This document shows, piece by piece, positions 1 to 12,387 of a DNA stretch of 32,000 nucleotides. Below the pieces are notes generated by a model. It saw only the letters and a program-made list of their open reading frames with translations. It ran no database searches and was not told where the DNA came from. Where the stretch lies: NCBI RefSeq assembly GCF_043950625.1, contig NZ_CP171007.1, one strand, 5' to 3'. How positions within the stretch are numbered: the first letter of the stretch is position 1; each line of letters opens with the position of its first letter. Source of the DNA: Alkanindiges sp. WGS2144. Its GTDB lineage: Bacteria; Pseudomonadota; Gammaproteobacteria; Pseudomonadales; Moraxellaceae. The translations under genes and the position numbers were made by a program.

Positions 1-591
1 TTTGCCCAGTTTACCCCCCTGATATGTGATTCAGCCACTAAATTTGTAGAAAAAACCACGTGCAGCAATCCTAAGCTTACTGAACTGGACAGTGAACTAT
101 ACAACCAGCTTGAGCATGCCGAGCAAGTCACCAATGTGCCCTTACAGGTACTGGAACTCAGTCAGCAAAACTGGATAAAACAGCGTAATCAGTGCAAAAA
201 TACAGCGTGTATCGAAACCAGCTATAAAACGCGCCTCCAGGAAATTAAAAACCTGAATGCCATGAATCAGGACTTTGTTCAGTATCTGATTAGGGTTAAA
301 GAAGGCAAACCTGACCCACAGCTATCCTTACTGCAATTGCAAAGCCTGGATGAAAAACGGATAAGGATTATTGCCCAGAGCTTCTGGAACAGTGCAGATC
401 ACCAGCACAATCAGGTAGTCAACTTTAATGGTTATGCTAACCAGGGCAAAAAAATTAGTGTAAAAGACCTGGATACCAAATGCGTTTTAATCCTGAAGCA
501 ACACCAGAAGCGCTGGGAGGTTCGGCAGGCATCGCCCATGTGTGGAAACAAGCACATCCGTTTTAGCGGCTTTTATGAACCACAAAAATAA
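1..591 (+). CDS. DUF1311/LprI-like domain protein, 5' end cut by the window edge
   Basis: Frame 1 has no stop codon from base 1, so the tracked GTG at 136 is internal. The translation CSNPKLTELDSELYNQLEHA...QQNWIKQRNQCKNTACIETSYKTRLQEI matches the Cys-framed helical pattern of DUF1311/LprI proteins, recognised by eye. Stop is TAA at 589-591. Confidence 0.55.
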   Translation, partial: FAQFTPLICDSATKFVEKTTCSNPKLTELDSELYNQLEHAEQVTNVPLQVLELSQQNWIKQRNQCKNTACIETSYKTRLQEIKNLNAMNQDFVQYLIRVKEGKPDPQLSLLQLQSLDEKRIRIIAQSFWNSADHQHNQVVNFNGYANQGKKISVKDLDTKCVLILKQHQKRWEVRQASPMCGNKHIRFSGFYEPQK

Positions 592-594
592 TAT

Positions 595-1311
595 CTAACT
601 GTAATTACTATCTAACTGTGATTGCAAAATAGCCGTCGCCAGACCTAAGTCATCTGGATAGGTAATTTTAATATTGCTGCTACTACCACTGACCAGTTGC
701 ACCGGAAGGTCAAGTAGCTCTATGGCACTGGCCTCATCTGTGACAACTTGTCCATTTTGTTGTGCACTCTCAAGCGCCCTCAATAAATGACCAAAGCGGA
801 ACATTTGCGGGGTTTGGCATTGCCACAGGTTTGCACGAGATATTGTTTTAATGACCTGTTGCTGTTGCGCCAGTTTTAAAGTGTCCCTGACCGGTACTGC
901 CAGTACGCCCCCTACAGGATCAGCTTTAAGCTCAGCCAACAGACGTTGCAAGTCATTGAGCAGGATACAGGGTCTGGCAACATCATGTACCAGTATCCAG
1001 TCATGTTCAGCAGCAATAGGCCTTAGATAATTTAATGCGGACAGCACTGAATCCATGCGTTCCTGACCGCCATTTACCCAGTGTAATAACTGCGGCTCGG
1101 CAAACTGTAGGGAATTTGCTGTCTGGTCATGCGCAGCAATGGCAACCACACAGCCAGCAAGTGCTAACTGGCAAATCCGGTCTACACTGTGCTGCATGAC
1201 TGTTTTATCCAGTAATGGCAGATATTGCTTTGGTAGCACCGATGCAAAGCGGGAACCGCTACCGGCCGCAGGTAAAATAGCCCAGTATTTTGTGCTCATT
1301 AATGCACACAT
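595..1311 (-). CDS. ispD: 2-C-methyl-D-erythritol 4-phosphate cytidylyltransferase
   Basis: N-terminal AILPAAGSGSRF nucleotide-binding motif, length about 235 aa, and position downstream of ftsB-eno as in the Pseudomonas-type cluster. An alternative ATG at 1299 (MSTKYWAILPAAG) is equally plausible. Stop is TAG. Confidence 0.85.
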   Translation of the reverse strand: MCALMSTKYWAILPAAGSGSRFASVLPKQYLPLLDKTVMQHSVDRICQLALAGCVVAIAAHDQTANSLQFAEPQLLHWVNGGQERMDSVLSALNYLRPIAAEHDWILVHDVARPCILLNDLQRLLAELKADPVGGVLAVPVRDTLKLAQQQQVIKTISRANLWQCQTPQMFRFGHLLRALESAQQNGQVVTDEASAIELLDLPVQLVSGSSSNIKITYPDDLGLATAILQSQLDSNYS

Positions 1312-1663
1312 CAGATTCGTTGGTTAATAAATCATCCCCATAGACTTCAGCAGGTGCACGATAATGTGGCACAGGAAGCATGGTTAACTGTACAAAAGTT
1401 TCTTTGGGTTTAATCAGCCCCAGATCAAGCCGGGCATGCTCTTCAACTGCTTCCATGCCACTTTTTAGGTCATATACTTCGGCACTTAAAATACGATTGC
1501 GCTCAGCCAGTTTGAGATTTTCCTGATACTGCAAGCCGATCCGCTGTTTTAGTGCCTGACGGTCATAATAGCCGCTCTCCCCCCACCACAATTTATATTG
1601 CAGCAGTACCAGCAGTAAAATTGCCAGTAGAAAAACGATACGACCACTGAGCGTAGCTAACAT
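1259..1663 (-). CDS. ftsB: Cell division protein FtsB (septum formation initiator family)
   Basis: Single N-terminal TM segment (IVFLLAILLLVLLQYKLWW) followed by a coiled-coil (LQYQENLKLAERNRILSAEVYDLK...EEHARLDLGLIKPKE). It lies between eno and ispD. The 3' end overlaps the ispD start by about 40-50 nt. Confidence 0.8.
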   Translation of the reverse strand: MLATLSGRIVFLLAILLLVLLQYKLWWGESGYYDRQALKQRIGLQYQENLKLAERNRILSAEVYDLKSGMEAVEEHARLDLGLIKPKETFVQLTMLPVPHYRAPAEVYGDDLLTNESDVCINEHKILGYFTCGR

Positions 1664-1691
1664 CTCAATACCTAATCATGATTGATCAAAG

Positions 1692-1712
1692 CCTGGAGCT
1701 AAAATCTCCAGG
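1692..1712 (-). terminator. Perfect 7-bp hairpin between eno and ftsB (possible attenuator or partial terminator)
   Basis: cctggag-ctaaaat-ctccagg, read directly. On the minus strand the stem is followed only by CTTTGATC, a weak U-tract. Confidence 0.35.
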
Positions 1713-1727
1713 CCTGGTTAAGCTAAA

Positions 1728-3029
<1,302 letters not shown>

Positions 3030-3061
3030 CTACATGTAAGCAGATTTATTTTTTCAAACAA

Positions 3062-3098
3062 AACACAAAATAAAATGCCTGATATTATTTATCAGGCA
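3062..3098 (-). terminator. Rho-independent terminator after kdsA
   Basis: Minus strand reads TGCCTGAT-AAATAAT-ATCAGGCA (8-bp stem) followed by TTTTATTTTGTGTTTTG. Confidence 0.75.
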
Positions 3099-3108
3099 CC
3101 CCACAGAA

Positions 3109-5651
<2,543 letters not shown>

Positions 5652-6134
5652 TTACAGCCGACAATGGGCGTTTACTGATGGGAGGCAATTTTACTTCACC
5701 CGCCCTATATAAAGCAAAGCACATCCCCTATTTTCAGGACTTTTATTTTATACCTGGCATCGTTTCAGGCTTTTTATCCTGTTGCTGCTCACCTCCCCGA
5801 TAAATTCCAGACCTATTTTACCGTTTGCCTCAACATTCCATTGCTCTTGCTCATCTCACTAAAAAGCGACAGCTGCAATCAATTCATATTTACTGCTTTA
5901 CTTAGCAGAATAACTAATATCAGCTATCAGTAAAACTGGAATAAGATGCCCTGACCTGCTCAAATCGTTCAGCAGTGAGCCTTTAGAAAAAGGCAAGCTG
6001 GTTAAATTTTTTAATCATACTGAAATATTTGATGCTGATACTAACGCACAGGAATTGAGCCAAGCCAACAATAAATTTGGCCAGCCTAAAGCGATTTTAC
6101 TAGACCTTGGGGTCTTAAACCTTTGGAGAAACAC

Positions 6135-7217
6135 ATGAAAAAACTGTTACTGGCGACTGCGGTTACTGCCTTAGCCATTAATGCAGCGCAAGCAGCCCCT
6201 ACAGTTTATGGCAAACTGCATGTTACTGTAGATAGCATTGATAAATATAAAAGCAATGCAGATGGTAAGACTGACAAAAGCCAAACTAGCAACGTCTGGG
6301 AAGTGAACTCAAATGCGTCACGTATTGGGATAAAAGGTGATGAAAAGCTAAGCGATGTGCTCACTGTGGTATATCTGGCCGAGTGGCAAATCAACACTGA
6401 TGGTGATGGCGATGACCTGAGTCAGCGTAACCGTTATGTTGGTTTAAAATATGACAACATCGGCACTGTAAAGGTGGGGAAAATCGATTCTTTTGTCAAA
6501 CTGGCAGGTGGTAAAAACGACATTTTTAATGACCTTAACTACCTGGACATGACCAAACTACTGGCGGGTGAAAATCGCCTAAATAACGTAGTCACTTTTG
6601 AAAGCGATCCCAAGCTACTTGGTAATCTACAACTCAATCTGCTATTACAGCAAGGCGAAGGCAAAAAGCTAAGTGATAACAGCCAGGACAGCAGTGATGG
6701 TCTGGGCGATGCAGTGTCCGCCTCACTAGTGTATGACAACAAGAACTATGGCGTATATGCTAGCCTAAGTGGCGACAAAAATGTGGTAAGTACCTTTAAT
6801 GCTGTTTCGGCCAAGGCGGAAGCTGATATTATTCGGGTCGCTGGTGTATTAGATCTGGGTAAAGTGCTGACTGTGCCTGGGCTGTCAGTAGGTGCACTAT
6901 ATCAGACTGCCCAGCCCCAAAACGTCGCCACTGGCAATACTACCGTTGGCATTATTGACAAAGAAAATGCCTTTTTGCTGCAAACAGGCTACAAGATTCC
7001 GAATACGCCATGGGGCGTAAAAGCCCAGTATCAACAGGCTAAAACCACCTTTGAAACGGCAGCGGATGATGTAAAGCTGAGCCAGTTTGGTGGCATGGTA
7101 GATTATGCGTTTAATAGCAAAACCCGCGCTTATGGCTACCTGGCACAACAGCAGGATAACCGTAGTAATGTGGATGACCGCAACTATGTAGGGCTAGGCC
7201 TGGAATTTAACTTCTAA
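6135..7217 (+). CDS. Outer-membrane general porin (Gram-negative porin family)
   Basis: Signal peptide MKKLLLATAVTALAINAAQA|AP, alternating beta-strand pattern, and C-terminal YVGLGLEFNF with a terminal Phe. GGAGA lies upstream of the ATG at 6135. The tracked TTG at 6123 is less likely. Confidence 0.8.
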   Translation: MKKLLLATAVTALAINAAQAAPTVYGKLHVTVDSIDKYKSNADGKTDKSQTSNVWEVNSNASRIGIKGDEKLSDVLTVVYLAEWQINTDGDGDDLSQRNRYVGLKYDNIGTVKVGKIDSFVKLAGGKNDIFNDLNYLDMTKLLAGENRLNNVVTFESDPKLLGNLQLNLLLQQGEGKKLSDNSQDSSDGLGDAVSASLVYDNKNYGVYASLSGDKNVVSTFNAVSAKAEADIIRVAGVLDLGKVLTVPGLSVGALYQTAQPQNVATGNTTVGIIDKENAFLLQTGYKIPNTPWGVKAQYQQAKTTFETAADDVKLSQFGGMVDYAFNSKTRAYGYLAQQQDNRSNVDDRNYVGLGLEFNF

Positions 7218-7241
7218 CATTTTCGCTGCATATAATTGAAG

Positions 7242-7270
7242 AACGCTGGCATAAGCTGGCGTTTTTTATT
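7242..7270 (+). terminator. Rho-independent terminator after the porin gene
   Basis: aacgctggc-ataa-gctggcgtt forms a 9-bp stem with two G-U pairs, running into a TTTTTTATT tract. Confidence 0.7.
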
Positions 7271-7476
7271 GCTTATTGAAATTGATTTTTAGTGCTCCCA
7301 ACAGGAGAGCTTTAAATACTGATAGAAATTGATAATAGATCAAAAGTTGAGATACTAATAAAACGCGATACGCGCTGGATTAATAGTGATAAGAACAAGG
7401 AAGAGATTGCAATATTAGAAAAACGTGCCCAAAGGGGGTAGTCTAAAGTTAAGTATTTGATTTTATTATCAATAAA

Positions 7477-7561
7477 TGGTGGGGGCGAAGAGACTCGAAC
7501 TCTTACACCTCGCGGCGCTGGAACCTAAATCCAGTGCGTCTACCAATTCCGCCACGCCCCC
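7477..7561 (-). tRNA. tRNA-Leu, anticodon UAG, class II with long variable arm, CCA encoded
   Basis: The reverse complement folds by hand. Acceptor GGGGGCG/CGCCCCC; D arm GCG-GAATTGGTAGA-CGC; anticodon stem CTGGA/TCCAG with loop TT-TAG-GT. The variable arm is 13 nt, the T arm is AAGAG-TTCGAGT-CTCTT, and the 3' end is discriminator A plus CCA. Total 85 nt. Confidence 0.93.
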
Positions 7562-7572
7562 TGATGGCGCGA

Positions 7573-7601
7573 ATCATAACAAACCCTGTGGTGCTTGCCT
7601 A
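7573..7601 (-). promoter_or_regulatory. Candidate sigma70 promoter for tRNA-Leu
   Basis: Minus strand reads TAGGCA, a 17-nt spacer, then TATGAT. A GC-rich TCGCGCC discriminator follows just upstream of the mature 5' end, as in stable-RNA promoters. Pattern match only. Confidence 0.35.
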
Positions 7602-7648
7602 GAGAAATTCACTATAAATGTTCAAACATTGCACAAACAAGATTATTT

Positions 7649-8056
7649 TTATGCAGGCTCTACCTTCTGGCCTTTATGAATGATTAAATAATGTTCACCT
7701 TTTGGCTCAAGTGCATTGAATAAGTGTAGCTTTACCGTGCCATAACGACAAAAATCCCCATAACCATGGCCTGTGCCAAAATCTGCCCTAAATCGCTGCA
7801 TAATCCGTTTTGCAATCCACGGGTGTGCATCAATGGCTATCTCAAGTATTTTTGCTTTGGTTTTATATTTTTTCTGCCAGTCAATTAACTCATCAGCCAG
7901 TTGCTGAAAATAGGTGATGAATTCTTCAAAATCATCTGCCCTAAACTCAACCTGGCGTGTATAGCAACGCTTCCACCACGATCCCTGTTTAATATCCTGA
8001 GACCTATAATAAGACGCTACAGGTCCTGGCAAATTACTATGATTTGGTTGACTCAT
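7649..8056 (-). CDS. Hypothetical 135-aa protein, last gene of the patatin-kinase operon
   Basis: Long clean ORF with an ATG start, 42 nt downstream of the kinase stop on the same strand. No signal peptide or TM segment and no motif I recognise. It is Trp/Tyr/Phe- and charge-rich. Confidence 0.55.
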   Translation of the reverse strand: MSQPNHSNLPGPVASYYRSQDIKQGSWWKRCYTRQVEFRADDFEEFITYFQQLADELIDWQKKYKTKAKILEIAIDAHPWIAKRIMQRFRADFGTGHGYGDFCRYGTVKLHLFNALEPKGEHYLIIHKGQKVEPA

Positions 8057-8098
8057 CGCATCACCTTTTTTGTCTACACAAAAACAATTTAAATTTTA

Positions 8099-8953
8099 TC
8101 AACCATTAAGCTGAAACGCTGCTTTTGCCATGTTTTTAATCTGAGCAGGATCATGCAAACGATTTTGCCGATTTTTAGCCAGTAAACCATCAACCAGAGG
8201 CTGGAATTGAGCTAAAGGCTCTATGAGCAAAGGCACAGCTTGCTGACAGTGCTCAACAGCCCAGCCCTCATAACTACTGGCCTGATAAGGCATCTTACCA
8301 GCAAGCATTTCATAAAGAATTAAGCCCAGGCTATAAAGGTCAGTTTGCGGGTTTAAAGGCTGCCCCAGGAACTGCTCAGGACTCATATATTTGGGCGTAC
8401 CTTGGGTAAGTCTTATACTTTTTTTTCTTTGTGAGAACATCACATGCTGCGCCAAGGCAAAATCGGTGAGCACAGGAATGCTATCACTATTTAATAAAAT
8501 ATTGCTCGGCTTTAAGTCCAGATGCAGCCAATTGTGCTGATGCAACGCCGCAATGGCATCAAGCAGGTGTAAAAACAGCCGACCCTTTTGCTGTAGTGAA
8601 AAACGATTCTGCCTTAAAGCCTGTGTGAGGTTGCCACACTCAAAATAAGGCATGACTAAATAATGCAGTGTTTGCGCAGACTGTAAAAAATCTGTATGGC
8701 CCTGCCCCGCTTCAATCAAAGGCATCCAATAGGCATGATAATTAGGTGTCTGTAAACCCTGCATAACCTGTATTTCATTCTGTATTAAACATTGTTCAAT
8801 AAAGCTTGCACTATCTGGCAACAGCTTGATGACATAGCATTTTTTAATAGATTGTTCAGGCAAATGAGCCGAACGAGCCAACCATAGCTGCGGCTTGCTA
8901 GTTAGACAGGAACAATGCAATAGTCTGATTGGGTCATAATGTGCCAGTCGCAA
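8099..8953 (-). CDS. Hanks-type Ser/Thr protein kinase, catalytic domain only, atypical
   Basis: Catalytic loop HLDLKPSNILL, DFA in place of DFG (LTDFALA), activation-loop end GTPKYMSPE, DLYSLGLILYEMLAG, beta3 lysine in YVIKLL and a helix-C Glu in IQNEIQV. No GxGxxG loop. The only in-frame start is TTG, 12 nt after the patatin stop. Confidence 0.8.
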   Translation of the reverse strand: MRLAHYDPIRLLHCSCLTSKPQLWLARSAHLPEQSIKKCYVIKLLPDSASFIEQCLIQNEIQVMQGLQTPNYHAYWMPLIEAGQGHTDFLQSAQTLHYLVMPYFECGNLTQALRQNRFSLQQKGRLFLHLLDAIAALHQHNWLHLDLKPSNILLNSDSIPVLTDFALAQHVMFSQRKKSIRLTQGTPKYMSPEQFLGQPLNPQTDLYSLGLILYEMLAGKMPYQASSYEGWAVEHCQQAVPLLIEPLAQFQPLVDGLLAKNRQNRLHDPAQIKNMAKAAFQLNG

Positions 8954-8965
8954 TTTAAAGCTCTA

Positions 8966-10531
8966 TTACAGCTGGGCTGGATGAGCGCGTCTTGTCTCCA
9001 GCATGGCCAATGCATCAGCGCAATCTTCCGGCTGGTTCAGACCTTGCCTGAGCGCCTCCATGCGCCGGGCATCCAGCATTTGTAAGCAATGCTCCAGTGT
9101 TTTACCAATCCGTGCATGAGTAGCAATGGCGCTCATTTTTGGCCAGGTCGCCCGCTCACCTTCCTGTTGTAATAATTTGAATAGCTTCTTATTGGGATCC
9201 CTAAGCATATAGGTGTAATGTCGCAAACCATAGCTAGCAATGATATTAACGTCCCCATAATAACGCTGTCCAATGATTCCATAGCCATGATCCAGCATAC
9301 GCCGCACAGTAGGCAAACGACCAAAACGCTCGCGACTAAAATCCATAGCACCCATTGCCAGCACCTTACCTTGCCCACGGACAATTTTACTTGGCCAACT
9401 CAGCAGATCCTTACGGTGACGTCCTATATCGGTCTGCATAAACGGCACAATATGCGGGTTAACCTGACAGGCGATGGTGTAATTGATATTATAAAGACGC
9501 GCAATACGGGTTCTTGGAAAGTCACTTCGTACGCTGCCATCCACCCAGCGTACAGGGGAAATATAAGGGGTATTCTTGCCTTCGGCATTTTTAGCAGTCA
9601 ACCGGACTGGTGGAAAGAGCACTGGCACTGCACACGATGCCAGCGCAGCACTCCATATCAGCAAATAAGGTGAGGTGAGCTCATTCATAATCCGGGGCGC
9701 CTGACTACCATCAAAAGGCGCTACAGCAATATTGATATGCCTGCCGGTTTTAGCAAATGCCTCTTCAAAGGTATAGTTACCCAGATTCTGCCGTAAAAAT
9801 GTCTTTAAAACATTGACGTCTGCAATCCCGCCGCCTTTTAATATTTCAGAAAGTTTGCGGAAACGAAATGCATATTCATAGAATCCTTCACCATTATACA
9901 TATCAATCAGTTCATCATTGCTGTGCGTGCCCAGCATACCCGCCATCAATGCCCCGGCACTTGAACCGGAGAATACTTTGGGTAATAAATCCTGTTCGTT
10001 TAAAGCCTTACACACACCAGTATGAAACAAACCCAGTGTTGCGCCTCCAGAAAACATTAGTGCTGGCTGGCCGTAGCTATGCTTGGTATTCTCAAAAAAA
10101 TAGTACTTTTCTGCTGCTGGTAAAAAATCAAACTGCTGCTCACAAACGTAGTACAGGCATTGGCAAACTTCTTCGATGTAATCTTCAATTAATTTTTTAG
10201 TACCAATATAGGCATGACTATACAGTAGCGGATGGCCAATATTACCCAGATCATGATGCAAACCCTCGCGTAGCAAGCGTACTAGCTCAACATCTTTTTT
10301 CTCCAGACGATAACGTCGCAATCGGGTCAAACGATCAGCAATTAAACCATAGTCATAATATGGCGATGTATTGTCCAGCTTCCAGTCCTGATTCCCTGTC
10401 GCCTCGTCCAGCTCCAGCGCAATATCCTTCCACTCTTGATAATCCTGTGCATGGGCAAGCGCATCTTCCAGTCTGCGAATCCGATTTGAAACCGGTGATC
10501 TACGGCTATACATGGGTAAGTTAAGATTCAT
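8966..10531 (-). CDS. Patatin-like phospholipase/lipase of the TGL3/4/5-SDP1 type with a DUF3336-like N-terminal region
   Basis: Oxyanion region FSGGATLGLFHTGV, nucleophile elbow GSSAGA (GxSxG) and catalytic Asp in WVDGSVRSD. The N-terminus reads QEWKDIALELDE...SPYYDYGLIADRLTRLRR...GTKKLIEDYIEEV, the DUF3336 pattern as I remember it. AGGAG lies 5 nt before the ATG. Confidence 0.85.
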   Translation of the reverse strand: MNLNLPMYSRRSPVSNRIRRLEDALAHAQDYQEWKDIALELDEATGNQDWKLDNTSPYYDYGLIADRLTRLRRYRLEKKDVELVRLLREGLHHDLGNIGHPLLYSHAYIGTKKLIEDYIEEVCQCLYYVCEQQFDFLPAAEKYYFFENTKHSYGQPALMFSGGATLGLFHTGVCKALNEQDLLPKVFSGSSAGALMAGMLGTHSNDELIDMYNGEGFYEYAFRFRKLSEILKGGGIADVNVLKTFLRQNLGNYTFEEAFAKTGRHINIAVAPFDGSQAPRIMNELTSPYLLIWSAALASCAVPVLFPPVRLTAKNAEGKNTPYISPVRWVDGSVRSDFPRTRIARLYNINYTIACQVNPHIVPFMQTDIGRHRKDLLSWPSKIVRGQGKVLAMGAMDFSRERFGRLPTVRRMLDHGYGIIGQRYYGDVNIIASYGLRHYTYMLRDPNKKLFKLLQQEGERATWPKMSAIATHARIGKTLEHCLQMLDARRMEALRQGLNQPEDCADALAMLETRRAHPAQL

Positions 10532-10955
10532 TATCGCTCCTATTGGAATTTAAGCTAACCGTAACCACCGCAATACCAGCGCTGGTCTTTCCCTGTCAGA
10601 CTGGATATCTATTAGACAAGACTATGATATCAATAATAGGCTAAACAAGAATTTGCAAGTTTTTTTAACAAAGCCATCAGCTTAATGAAGTAAAATTGCA
10701 AAAATAACACGCTATGAAGCATTATCAGTAAAAGCAATTATATTGATACCATATGCAATTTTCATACCTGAGTTTATTAATTTTAATCATCTGAATACAA
10801 GCTTTTGTTTTTATTTCAATTAATGCCTTGCCTCTCTTTTAGCATATATGCCAGCAGAGACAACCGCCTCTCTTATTGAGCCTAATTTGCTCAAATTTAA
10901 CAGTTTTGCTGGCACAATCCCTCTTACTCAGCGAGCGAACTGATTACCTCAAAAA

Positions 10956-11975
10956 CTAGGCCATACAACCGGGTGGTTCAAGTTCAGTCATGGGCCAGCG
11001 TGGCGTGGTGGTTACGCTTAAATCATCCTGTTGACCAACTCTTAAGCGTTGCCAGCCAGCAAATGCAATCATTGCACCATTGTCAGTACATAAAGCAGGC
11101 TCTGCATAAAAAACCCGGGCTGTGAGTTTTTGAAGTTCCTGTTCCAGACGCTCACGCAACAACTGGTTAGCACTAACACCCCCAGCAATCACCAGTTGCT
11201 TTAGACCAGTCTGCTTTAACGCACGTACTGCTTTTTTAACCAGCGTGTCTACCATGGCTTCTTGAAAACTGGCCGCCAGATCCGCTTCACGTCCCTGCCC
11301 TTTTACCTTATTGTATTGTGTCAGGACAGCTGTTTTCATTCCGCTAAAAGAAAAATCCAGTGCCTGATGCATTAGTGGCCGAGGCAGCGCAAAGGCTTTT
11401 GGATCTCCCTGCAAGGCTAGCCTGGCAATATTTGGCCCACCGGGATAAGGCAATCCCAGCATTTTTGCTACTTTGTCAAACGCTTCGCCAGCAGCATCAT
11501 CAATGGACTCACCCAGTAACTCATACTGTCCAATTCCATAAACTGCCATTAACTGACTATGTCCACCCGATACCAGTAAGGCCACAAAAGGAAAATCAGG
11601 TGGATTTTTAGACAATAAAGGAGCTAACAAATGCCCCTCCATGTGATGCACCCCAATTGCCGGAACATTTAAGGCATAAGCCAGCGTACGGCCAAATAAA
11701 GCACCAGTCATCAGGGCACCCATCAGACCAGGGCCACGTGTATAAGCGATGGCGTTAATCTGTTTTTTATTCACGCCAGTTTGCTGTAATAATTCTTCCA
11801 GTAAGGGAATCAATTTACGTACATGATCACGCGAGGCCAGCTCAGGCACCACGCCCCCATATTCGGCATGCAGTTGAATCTGGCTATAGAGTACCTGCCC
11901 CAGCAGGCCGCGTTCGCTATCAAAAAGCGCCAAACCTGTTTCATCGCAGGACGTTTCCAAGCCCAAAACCAGCAT
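10956..11975 (-). CDS. tsaD: tRNA N6-adenosine threonylcarbamoyltransferase
   Basis: [17 protein letters not shown] start, HMEGHLLA metal-binding motif and SGGVSAN. The tracked ORF extends 33 codons further upstream to 12074, but that extension has no TsaD-like sequence. Stop is TAG. Confidence 0.93.
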   Translation of the reverse strand: MLVLGLETSCDETGLALFDSERGLLGQVLYSQIQLHAEYGGVVPELASRDHVRKLIPLLEELLQQTGVNKKQINAIAYTRGPGLMGALMTGALFGRTLAYALNVPAIGVHHMEGHLLAPLLSKNPPDFPFVALLVSGGHSQLMAVYGIGQYELLGESIDDAAGEAFDKVAKMLGLPYPGGPNIARLALQGDPKAFALPRPLMHQALDFSFSGMKTAVLTQYNKVKGQGREADLAASFQEAMVDTLVKKAVRALKQTGLKQLVIAGGVSANQLLRERLEQELQKLTARVFYAEPALCTDNGAMIAFAGWQRLRVGQQDDLSVTTTPRWPMTELEPPGCMA

Positions 11976-12024
11976 AAATTGCTCAACCTGTAAAGAAATA
12001 GCCACAAAGCACGTTATTATAGAC

Positions 12025-12053
12025 TTGTTCTTGTAGATGTAAACGAGTAAAAT
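12025..12053 (+). promoter_or_regulatory. Candidate sigma70 promoter for rpsU
   Basis: TTGTTC, a 17-nt spacer, then TAAAAT, about 85 nt upstream of the rpsU ATG. Pattern match only. Confidence 0.3.
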
Positions 12054-12138
12054 AGCCGCCTTTACTGCGTCCACACTTTTTTATTTATCCAATGAATGGA
12101 TAGATCGGGCGTTAAGATCAACCTCCAGAGGATGTTAC

Positions 12139-12354
12139 ATGCCACAAGTTAAGTTGAAAGAAGGCGAACCAGTTGACGTTGCAATCCGTCGTTTCAAGCG
12201 TTCTTGCGAAAAAGCAGGTGTTTTGGCTGACGTGCGTAAGCGCGAATTCTATGAAAAGCCAACTCAAGAGCGCAAGCGTAAAAAAGCTGCTGCGGTTAAG
12301 CGCTACGCTAAAAAACTGGCTCGTGAGTCTATTCGCACAACTCGCTTGTACTAA
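12139..12354 (+). CDS. rpsU: 30S ribosomal protein S21
   Basis: 71 aa, [48 protein letters not shown] Shine-Dalgarno sequence upstream. Confidence 0.97.
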   Translation: MPQVKLKEGEPVDVAIRRFKRSCEKAGVLADVRKREFYEKPTQERKRKKAAAVKRYAKKLARESIRTTRLY

Positions 12355-12387
12355 TTGATCCTTTTTTAATTAGTAAGCCAGCTTGAT

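Noticed and set aside
7315-7440. Start-less 41-codon open frame (ILIEIDNRSKVEILIKRDTRWINSDKNKEEIAILEKRAQRG) and 9-bp direct repeats (gaaattgat) in the porin-tRNA spacer
   Set aside because: No ATG, GTG or TTG start, no RBS, and the region is AT-rich low-complexity sequence. The repeats are short enough to arise by chance.
7476-7679. Tracked 67-aa plus-strand ORF
   Set aside because: It runs antisense across the whole tRNA-Leu gene and its promoter. The reading frame is a by-product of the tRNA sequence.
7218-10955. Classical tRNA-targeted genomic island around tRNA-Leu
   Set aside because: There is no integrase or recombinase, and I found no direct repeat of the tRNA 3' end in the flanks. 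The patatin operon lies on the 5' (promoter) side of the tRNA rather than the 3' side, where integrative elements normally insert.
10956-12074. Full-length 372-aa version of the tsaD ORF
   Set aside because: The first 33 codons ([23 protein letters not shown]...) have no TsaD-like sequence and would run into the rpsU promoter region. The conserved N-terminus [13 protein letters not shown] starts at 11975.
12173-12358. Tracked 61-aa ORF overlapping rpsU in another frame
   Set aside because: It is fully nested in the highly conserved S21 gene and has no independent signals.
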